Shown here: positions 57,548-64,000 of the stretch, one piece after another | How positions within the stretch are numbered: position 1 is the first letter of the stretch | Layout: each line of letters begins with the position of its first letter | From: an uncultured Calditrichaceae bacterium | GTDB taxonomy: Bacteria; Calditrichota; Calditrichia; RBG-13-44-9 | DNA length: 64,000 nucleotides | NCBI GenBank assembly: GCA_964452045.1 | Contig: CAYVKM010000002.1 | Location: 18,040 to 82,039, forward strand | Direction of reading: 5' to 3' | Notes under the pieces: generated by a model | What the model was told of the DNA's origin: nothing | Seen by the model: only the letters and a program-made list of their open reading frames with translations | The model's database searches: none | Program-made: the position numbers and the translations under genes

Positions 57548-60016
57548 TTAGTCGCCATCCGGGGAATAAGTTGAAACCAGAACATCCCGTGCTTTACCTT
57601 CCTGATTTGGTGGTGCAACAATTCCTGCCTCTTCCAATTCATCCATAATCCGGGCTGCCCTGGCATACCCAATTTTTAATTTTCGTTGAAGCAGAGAAAC
57701 CGATCCCTGCTGATAGTGTATTACAATATCCTTGGCCTTTTCAAATAATTCATCTCGTTCGAATACCTTGGATGTGCCCGGCCCTTTTTCACGGGTGTGA
57801 TAAAGTTTTAATTCGTAAGGTGGAAATTTGGGTTGCCGACGAATATGCTTAATGATTCGTTCTACTTCATCTGTAGTAATGAGTGGATTCTGTAATCGCA
57901 AGGGTTTCATTTTCCCCGGTGGCATAAAAAGCATATCACCATTCCCAATCAATTTTTCCGCACCAAACATATCCAAGATTACTTTCGAATCTGGCCGTGT
58001 GGCCACTTGATAGGCAACCCGGGCCGGAAAATTTGCCTTGATCAATCCGGTCAAAATATCTACCGACGGTCTTTGTGTCGCCATGATTAAATGAATTCCT
58101 ACTGCTCTCGCCATTTGAGCCAGCCTGGTAATGGGTTCTTCCACTTCCCGGGTAGCCGAAAGTATCAGATCTGCCAGCTCATCGATAACCACAACCAGAT
58201 AAGGTAACTTCCGGTAGGTATCGGAAGTTTCACCATTCTGTTTATATTCTTCAATTTTTCGATTGAAATGGGTAATTTCCCGGACCCCCATTGCCGCTAA
58301 TTTATCGTAACGGGACTCCATTTCATTCACCACGCTTCTGAGAATCATAATGGCATTTTGTGGATGGGTAACAATAATTTCATCAAGTTCGGGGGAATAG
58401 GCCAGATAATGGTCTTTCAATTTGGTATAAATAGATAATTCAAGTTTTTTCGGATCGATCATCACAAATTTAAGATCGCTTGGTGGTATCCGGTAAAGCA
58501 GGCTGGAAATCATAGTGTTGATCCCCACACTTTTACCGGAACCAGTCGCCCCGGCAATAAGCAGATGAGGCATTTTAGTAAGGTCTGCGCAATAAACCTC
58601 CCCGGAAATGGTTTTCCCCACTCCCAGGGGTAGATTTGCCTGAAAATTAATAAAAGTCTCCGAACGGACCAGGGATCTGAAGTAAACCGTGGATGGTTCT
58701 CTGTTGGGTATCTCTATACCGATAGCCGCCTTACCGGGAATGGGGGCGATCATCCGGATACCCTTTGCCCGCATGGCCAGAGCAAGATCATCTGCCAGCG
58801 CCACAATCTGGCTTATTTTCACGCCCTGAGCCGGCTTGACCTCATAAAGCGTAATTACAGGTCCTTCCACCACCCGATTAACCACAGCCCTTACCCCAAA
58901 CTGACCCAGCGTTTCTTCCAGCAATCGGGCATTGGTTTTTAGTTCCTCTTCGGACATGTGTAATTTTTTATCATCCTGTTCAATGAGCAGATCGGTTGAA
59001 GGAAATTGGTACTTGGACAATGAATCTCGAATGAGGGCATCATAATCAAGTTCCTTTTCCTGGTGTGCCTCCTGCACCTCAAAACCAAGCTGGTCAGGTG
59101 TGATATCTTCCGAAACTGTTGTTTCCATGTTTTCCACAGGAAAATCAGTTGCTTCCTCAACCTGTTCAGGCAGCGTATCCCTATTGCGATGGACAATTTC
59201 GATCTGTTCAATATTTTTACCCTGCAGAACCTCCTCTTCCGAAGGAAGGGAAGGGTTATAACGGGGATCTTTGGCGGTTTCGGGTGAGACAACCGGCTCA
59301 GGAACCCGGCTCTTTAGAAAATCTTCCCGGGTTTTCCTTTTTTGCCGCCACCCGGATAGTGGAATTCTGATTCCTTTTAAAAATCTCACGAATCCGTTTA
59401 GGGAGAGTTTAATGAACTTCCCAATCGTTATGGGAATAGCAGAAATCCGAACCCGAAAACTTACCACCAAAAGGATAATAAAAATAATGCTAAGTATAAA
59501 GATGGCCCCAAATTTACTGAATATTTTAACCAGGTACGCTGCAGACAGACCACCAATAAAACCACTGGGGTAAAAAGTATGGAAATCTCCAAACGTTCTT
59601 AATGCTTCAGGTAAAGCTAAAAGGATAGAGGCCAGCAGGCTCCACAAAAGGAGCAAAATACTAAATCTTTTTAACTGACGGACCGGCCATTTTATTAAAA
59701 GATAAAATCCGGTAACAATGATCAGAACCGGCAGAAAAAGGATCGGGTAGCCTAAGGTCCATTGGAATAAGGGTGCGGCAATGGTAGCGCCAAAAAGACC
59801 AAGCCAGTTCTGGACAGTGTAAATATTTCCCTCTTCCAATAAGCCGACCGGATCACTCTGATGGTAAGAGAGCACGGCCAGACCGAGAATTAATCCGATG
59901 GCCATGAGTACCAGACCGGAAATCTCTCCCCGCATCCCCTGGATTGGTTTTGAACCGGGACTGTCCGGACCTGATTTACTTTTTTTTCGGCGTTTCTTTT
60001 CAGTCTTAAATTTCAT
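57548..60016 (-). CDS. ftsK: DNA translocase FtsK
   Basis: N-terminal 4-TM domain, linker, Walker A ATPase (IAGATGSGKSVGINT), and a C-terminal gamma winged-helix (LLQRKLKIGYARAARIMDELE). Confidence 0.9.
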   Translation of the reverse strand: MKFKTEKKRRKKSKSGPDSPGSKPIQGMRGEISGLVLMAIGLILGLAVLSYHQSDPVGLLEEGNIYTVQNWLGLFGATIAAPLFQWTLGYPILFLPVLIIVTGFYLLIKWPVRQLKRFSILLLLWSLLASILLALPEALRTFGDFHTFYPSGFIGGLSAAYLVKIFSKFGAIFILSIIFIILLVVSFRVRISAIPITIGKFIKLSLNGFVRFLKGIRIPLSGWRQKRKTREDFLKSRVPEPVVSPETAKDPRYNPSLPSEEEVLQGKNIEQIEIVHRNRDTLPEQVEEATDFPVENMETTVSEDITPDQLGFEVQEAHQEKELDYDALIRDSLSKYQFPSTDLLIEQDDKKLHMSEEELKTNARLLEETLGQFGVRAVVNRVVEGPVITLYEVKPAQGVKISQIVALADDLALAMRAKGIRMIAPIPGKAAIGIEIPNREPSTVYFRSLVRSETFINFQANLPLGVGKTISGEVYCADLTKMPHLLIAGATGSGKSVGINTMISSLLYRIPPSDLKFVMIDPKKLELSIYTKLKDHYLAYSPELDEIIVTHPQNAIMILRSVVNEMESRYDKLAAMGVREITHFNRKIEEYKQNGETSDTYRKLPYLVVVIDELADLILSATREVEEPITRLAQMARAVGIHLIMATQRPSVDILTGLIKANFPARVAYQVATRPDSKVILDMFGAEKLIGNGDMLFMPPGKMKPLRLQNPLITTDEVERIIKHIRRQPKFPPYELKLYHTREKGPGTSKVFERDELFEKAKDIVIHYQQGSVSLLQRKLKIGYARAARIMDELEEAGIVAPPNQEGKARDVLVSTYSPDGD

Positions 60017-60168
60017 GATTTATAAAGTAATTTTGCGGGATAAATATAAGGAAATGCACCCATAAATACAAATGACATATTGATTACCCGATCCCTTCCC
60101 TATTCCAGATATTCACACTAAATTTTTCAGAAAAAAGAACATCTTGTTGATTCAAAATCATTATGCAA

Positions 60169-60198
60169 AAAGGTCTCTCGGAATTGTAAGAGACCTTT
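60169..60198 (-). terminator. Possible terminator after gcvT (10-bp perfect stem aaaggtctct/agagaccttt, 10-nt loop)
   Basis: Perfect inverted repeat 26 nt downstream of the gcvT stop on the minus strand. The T-run is short (5 T including the stem). Confidence 0.4.
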
Positions 60199-60223
60199 CT
60201 GGCTCATTTTTTTCAATTCTATT

Positions 60224-61300
60224 TCAAACAAATGGTGTCTTCACAATTTCTGCAGGCAGCTCCCGGCCACGCGCATTGATTATAATCTGATTTCCAATTT
60301 GTGCTTCTTCAACTGCGACATAACCCAGACCAATATTTTTCTCCAAAATAGGCGAATAACATCCACTGGTCACAAATCCAATCTCATTTCCACCTTTTTG
60401 AATCGGATAATTATGCCGGGGAATCATCTTACCTTCACAGACTAATCCCATCAATTTTCTCTTTAAACCCTCTTCCTTTTGTTTCAGCAGTTCATCCTGC
60501 CCAATAAAGTTGACTTTATTCAACTTGGTTATCCATCCAAGTCCCGCTTCCAGCGGATTGGTATTCTGATCGATGTCATTGCCATACAGGCAATACTTTT
60601 TCTCTAGGCGAAGCGTATCCCTGGCACCGAGCCCGATTGGAGCAATGCCATATTTCTTACCTTCGGCAAATACCTCATTCCAGATTTGTTCGGAGTATTT
60701 CCGGTCGAAGTAGAGCTCAAAGCCAGGTTCCCCGGTGTAACCGGTGCGGGAAACGATCATCTGTACTCCGTCCAGTTCTCCTTCCCGAAACCAGTAAAAC
60801 TGTATTTCAGAGAGATTCACTTTAGTCAATTTTTGAAGTATTGGTTCGGCATTTTTGCCCTGTACCGCCAGTTGGGTAATCTGCTCACTGATATTGTTCA
60901 CCTCTACCCCATCAAATTTATTTTTTTGAATCCATTCAAAGTCTTTATCGGTATTGGAGGCATTAACCACCAGCAGGTAATAATCCCGAAGCCGGTAACA
61001 AATCAGATCGTCCACGATACCACCATTCTGATAGCACATAGCCGTATATTGCGCCTGATTTATTTCCAGTTTCGAAGCATCGTTGATGGTTATATAATTG
61101 ACGAATTCCAGGGCTTTAGGACCCCGGACTTCAATTTCACCCATATGAGAAACATCAAAAACACCGACACTCTCACGGACTTTCTTGTGTTCTTCAATCA
61201 TACTGGTATACTGGGTGGGCATCAGATAACCAGCAAACTCGACCATTTTACCACCCAGCGAAACGTGAATGTCATATAAACCTGTTTTTTTCGCGGCCAC
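60224..61300 (-). CDS. gcvT: Glycine cleavage system T protein (aminomethyltransferase)
   Basis: 358 aa; GcvT family (LYDIHVSLGGKMVEFAGYLMP..., DVSHMGEIEVRG). Confidence 0.85.
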   Translation of the reverse strand: MAAKKTGLYDIHVSLGGKMVEFAGYLMPTQYTSMIEEHKKVRESVGVFDVSHMGEIEVRGPKALEFVNYITINDASKLEINQAQYTAMCYQNGGIVDDLICYRLRDYYLLVVNASNTDKDFEWIQKNKFDGVEVNNISEQITQLAVQGKNAEPILQKLTKVNLSEIQFYWFREGELDGVQMIVSRTGYTGEPGFELYFDRKYSEQIWNEVFAEGKKYGIAPIGLGARDTLRLEKKYCLYGNDIDQNTNPLEAGLGWITKLNKVNFIGQDELLKQKEEGLKRKLMGLVCEGKMIPRHNYPIQKGGNEIGFVTSGCYSPILEKNIGLGYVAVEEAQIGNQIIINARGRELPAEIVKTPFV

Positions 61301-61301
61301 T

Positions 61302-61883
61302 TTAATCTCCTTTCGTCGCTTTAATTTCGGACAACTCTTCGGTTATCCGGGGAATATATTTTAAAACCACAATCATCGAACAGGCAGATAAAATAAGAAA
61401 TAAATTTTGATGAAAAAAGAAGGCAGTAAAGATGTTCACCAGGAAAAGGGCTATCATTCCGGCGATGATATATTTTCGCATTAGAACATAAAGCAGACCA
61501 AAGATCAACCACCAGATGCCGACGATTTCCGGTTTCAGGAATAAGAAAACGCCGGCAAGAGTAGCCAGTCCCCTGCCTCCCCGACCTCCAAGCCAAACCG
61601 GGTACATATGGCCAATGATCACTGCCAGGGCAGGTACAATAAAATAATCCGGAATTATCAGAAAACCGACAATCATCAGGGCAAAATATCCTTTAGCGAC
61701 ATCGAGGACCAATACAGCAATGGAAAGATATTTGGATTTGGTCACACGCAGAGAATTGAGTGTACCAACGTTCCCACTTCCTTCATGACGGATATCTTTT
61801 CCATAAAACAATCTGGTAAGAACGTAACCGGAAGGGAAACTTCCCAGCAGATATGAAATGAAAAGTGTGAAGAAATTTTCCAT
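61302..61883 (-). CDS. plsY: Glycerol-3-phosphate acyltransferase PlsY
   Basis: 193 aa; PlsY motifs (SGNVGTLN; GGRG). Confidence 0.85.
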   Translation of the reverse strand: MENFFTLFISYLLGSFPSGYVLTRLFYGKDIRHEGSGNVGTLNSLRVTKSKYLSIAVLVLDVAKGYFALMIVGFLIIPDYFIVPALAVIIGHMYPVWLGGRGGRGLATLAGVFLFLKPEIVGIWWLIFGLLYVLMRKYIIAGMIALFLVNIFTAFFFHQNLFLILSACSMIVVLKYIPRITEELSEIKATKGD

Positions 61884-61959
61884 AGGTCTACTCTTCTTTT
61901 ATATGAAAATACTTTTGTTGGAAAAAAAGAATCAAGTGAAATAAAAAAGAGTGGCAGGT

Positions 61960-61992
61960 ATAAAAAAGCGTCCACCTAACTTGAACGCTTTT
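61960..61992 (-). terminator. Rho-independent terminator for the 62023-62433 gene
   Basis: Stem aaaagcgt/acgctttt (8 bp) with 13-nt loop; on the minus strand it is followed by TTTTTTA. Confidence 0.45.
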
Positions 61993-62022
61993 CATTACTT
62001 TAGAGAAAAATCTTCCCAAATT

Positions 62023-62433
62023 TTAACCCAATCCGGTATCATCTCCGCGCATTAACAGAATAAAAGCATCATTCACATCCTCGAATTCCAGCGCATGGCG
62101 TTTACATCCATTCCGGGAACAAATCTTTATCATTCCTCCCACTTCCAGTTGAATACCGATGAGGGGGGCCCGGCAGTCGCACAGCTGAATCACCGGAAAA
62201 GGCTGATGGCAATGTGGGCAGGAAAAAACAGCAACCGAACCGACCACATCTTCCACATTTACAAATTTTTTATCATAACTACCATAAATCTGACTCAGAT
62301 ATACCTTCCCAACTTTCTCTCCCAGCTTGGTTTCCAACTCGATGGCCGGCAGATCATCGATAAGCACTTTCTTATTCATCAGGGATTTCTGGCATTCCGG
62401 ACATTTTACCGGAATTTGAATCTGATTGCCCAT
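62023..62433 (-). CDS. Cys-rich small protein (zinc-ribbon-like CxxC pairs), unknown function
   Basis: 136 aa with CPEC (aa 11-14), CPHC (aa ~83-86), LCDC and CSRNGC. Directly downstream of a NuoG-like gene. Confidence 0.4.
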   Translation of the reverse strand: MGNQIQIPVKCPECQKSLMNKKVLIDDLPAIELETKLGEKVGKVYLSQIYGSYDKKFVNVEDVVGSVAVFSCPHCHQPFPVIQLCDCRAPLIGIQLEVGGMIKICSRNGCKRHALEFEDVNDAFILLMRGDDTGLG

Positions 62434-62460
62434 ATATGCTCCTTTAATTCATCATACTTT

Positions 62461-64000
62461 TTATTCTACCACTTCCTGGGGAGACATTATTTCCACATTC
62501 TTTTTGATGTCAGATGGGTATGTCCTGGTCCGAAACAGATCGAACCACTTCTCCAGGTAATTTGCTCCATAGGGAAGATTTCGGCTTCTCGCATCAACCA
62601 AAATTTCCGTCCGCGGCATATATCCATTTCTGAAAACTGCAAATTCCTTTTTGTATTCCGGGACGATCTCAAGAATTTCATTGGTCACCTCATCAACCGA
62701 CTTAAATTTGGATGCCTCGGAAAGTTCCTCCGCCAACTCAGCCAAAATTCGCCAGTTCGGCATGCCGGTTAAAGGTTTGAGCACATTTTTAAGAAATTGT
62801 ACTCTTCCCTCGCCATTGGTCACCGTGCCGGCTGATTCGGTAAAGGGGACTATCGGAAAAACAATATCGGCAATTTTTGCCGTTTCAGTCATGAACATAT
62901 CGGCTACAATGATGAGAGAATTTTCCGGTTTCTGAATATCTAATTCGGCAGTACCAACCGGATCCTGCTGCCAGAAGATCAAACCGGGAATCTGACCCTG
63001 TTTTATTTTGTCGATGAGTCTCCAGGCAGTCTTCCCATTTTTATCGGGCAATTTCGCATCCCAGGCGGTTCCCATTCTTTTCAGCACCATTGGATTATCC
63101 AGTCTTTGATAGCCAGGCAGATAATCCGGCAGCATACCCATGTCCAGCATACCCTGATAATTTGCCTGCCCCGGAACCGAGAGGAAAGCCTCGGTTTGTC
63201 CCAGCGCGAACCCCAGACTGTTCAGCCAATGGATAATTTCGGGTTTTGCCTTTTCCCGGTTACAAATAAACAAGGGTGATTTGGCACTGAGCATTTGCCG
63301 AAAGAATTGATTGAATTCCGTCTGCTTCAGATTAAACTCACTCAATTTTATTTTCCTGGAAATCCCGGTGACACTGGCAAATAAGTCCCGGCACTTTTCC
63401 CGTTTTGAGGGATCAATTACTTTTTCGTACCAGCCGCTCAGATTTATTTTATCAATTAAATACTGCAGAAATAGAACTTTCTTGTCCTCGGGAATTGCCA
63501 CACTGTGTGCTTTTTTAGCGAGTTTCGAATCCGGACAACATCCCATGAAAACAGTTTGGCCGCGTCGTGCTGCCTTATAAAGTTTGGTGTAAAGAATGGG
63601 ATGGGACTCCAGTGGATCGAAATTGCAGACCATGATAAAATCGCTTTGATCGATCTTTTTAAAAGTGGTATTGGACATGGATGCCCTTAACAGCTGTTCA
63701 GGATATTCATTCAAATTGGAGAGGGAACCAACATTGTTAGTTTCAAGGACGGTGCGGGAAAATTTTTGTAGCAGATAATTCTCTTCATTTGTGGAATGGG
63801 GGGAACCAAATACCGCCCACTCCCCGCCTGTCTTTATTAAATCCCGAATTTTTTTCGAGGCGAATTCGAATGCTCCATTCCAGGAGGCAGGTTCGAGTTC
63901 TCCATTCTTCCTTATATACGGTTGTTTAAGCCGGTTCGGATCGTTTACATACCGGAATCCATATCTTCCCCGCTCACACAGATTACCAAATTCGTTGACA
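62461..64000 (-). CDS. Molybdopterin-oxidoreductase-family protein (NuoG / formate-dehydrogenase-alpha-like), N-terminus beyond window end
   Basis: The ORF-track TTG start at 63714 is internal: the same frame stays open to position 64000. The upstream segment encodes ...CERGRYGFRYVNDPNRLKQPYIRKNGELEPASWNGAFEFASKKIRDLIKTGGEWAVFGSPHSTNEENYLLQKFSRTVLETNNVGS, i.e. the Molybdop_Fe4S4 and molybdopterin oxidoreductase N-terminal signature. Confidence 0.65.
   Translation of the reverse strand, partial: VNEFGNLCERGRYGFRYVNDPNRLKQPYIRKNGELEPASWNGAFEFASKKIRDLIKTGGEWAVFGSPHSTNEENYLLQKFSRTVLETNNVGSLSNLNEYPEQLLRASMSNTTFKKIDQSDFIMVCNFDPLESHPILYTKLYKAARRGQTVFMGCCPDSKLAKKAHSVAIPEDKKVLFLQYLIDKINLSGWYEKVIDPSKREKCRDLFASVTGISRKIKLSEFNLKQTEFNQFFRQMLSAKSPLFICNREKAKPEIIHWLNSLGFALGQTEAFLSVPGQANYQGMLDMGMLPDYLPGYQRLDNPMVLKRMGTAWDAKLPDKNGKTAWRLIDKIKQGQIPGLIFWQQDPVGTAELDIQKPENSLIIVADMFMTETAKIADIVFPIVPFTESAGTVTNGEGRVQFLKNVLKPLTGMPNWRILAELAEELSEASKFKSVDEVTNEILEIVPEYKKEFAVFRNGYMPRTEILVDARSRNLPYGANYLEKWFDLFRTRTYPSDIKKNVEIMSPQEVVE

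Overview
This is a 64-kb chromosomal segment from an AT-rich, diderm (Gram-negative-type) bacterium. Its gene content (PorV/FadL-like barrel, LapAB, TamAB, LolA, RND efflux) suggests an uncultured FCB-group-like lineage, but I cannot place it more precisely from sequence alone. Most of the ~55 protein genes are on the minus strand, and nearly all of the six-frame ORFs that lie antisense inside longer genes look spurious.

Content, in order:
- **Window start:** the 5' end of a response-regulator gene and a STAS anti-sigma-factor antagonist.
- **0.6-8.9 kb:** an outer-membrane beta-barrel protein with a C-terminal FN3-like domain; an MqnA/MqnD-like protein translationally coupled to a hybrid PAS histidine kinase; a Crp/Fnr regulator; a SPOR-domain protein; a LapB(YciM)-LapA(YciS) LPS-assembly pair; a divergent membrane-anchored single-domain response regulator.
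- **8.9-14.8 kb:** a minus-strand run of nucleoside-salvage and envelope genes (PNP, pgsA-like, sppA, nupC, tdk, udk).
- **15-17 kb:** a candidate type II restriction-modification pair (small PD-(D/E)xK protein convergent with a beta-class amino-methyltransferase), immediately next to tRNA-Cys(GCA) and tRNA-Ala(GGC).
- **17-20.8 kb:** an NfeD(long)-NfeD(short)-FloA flotillin operon and a small acidic membrane protein.
- **20.8-28.7 kb:** an MdtABC-like efflux operon (lipoprotein adaptor plus two tandem RND permeases, one carrying an inserted pair of extra transmembrane helices).
- **28.8-41 kb:** HExxH membrane protein, LMW phosphatase, TsaC/YrdC, GT9 heptosyltransferase, NTF2-like protein, orphan receiver, a small ORF, tandem-UspA, a cysteine-desulfurase/SelD fusion (Cys-type), CDF transporter, HAD deoxyribonucleotidase, an enoyl-reductase-like SDR, acyl-CoA dehydrogenase.
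- **41.5-44.6 kb:** a three-gene plus-strand cassette of unknown function (coiled-coil polytopic membrane protein, 437-aa secreted protein, small secreted protein).
- **44.7-50.6 kb:** a TamB-like / TamA-like (Omp85) pair.
- **50.7-56.8 kb:** polysaccharide genes (two nucleotide-sugar dehydrogenases, a 4-epimerase, a Wzc-type tyrosine autokinase with an extreme poly-Tyr tail).
- **56.9-64 kb:** lolA-like, ftsK, gcvT, plsY, a Cys-rich small protein, and a NuoG-like molybdopterin-oxidoreductase-family gene that runs off the window end.

I found no CRISPR array, no transposase or integrase, and no phage genes. The loci I would look at first are the R-M islet at the tRNAs, the unknown three-gene cassette, the NifS-SelD fusion and the atypical RND permease.
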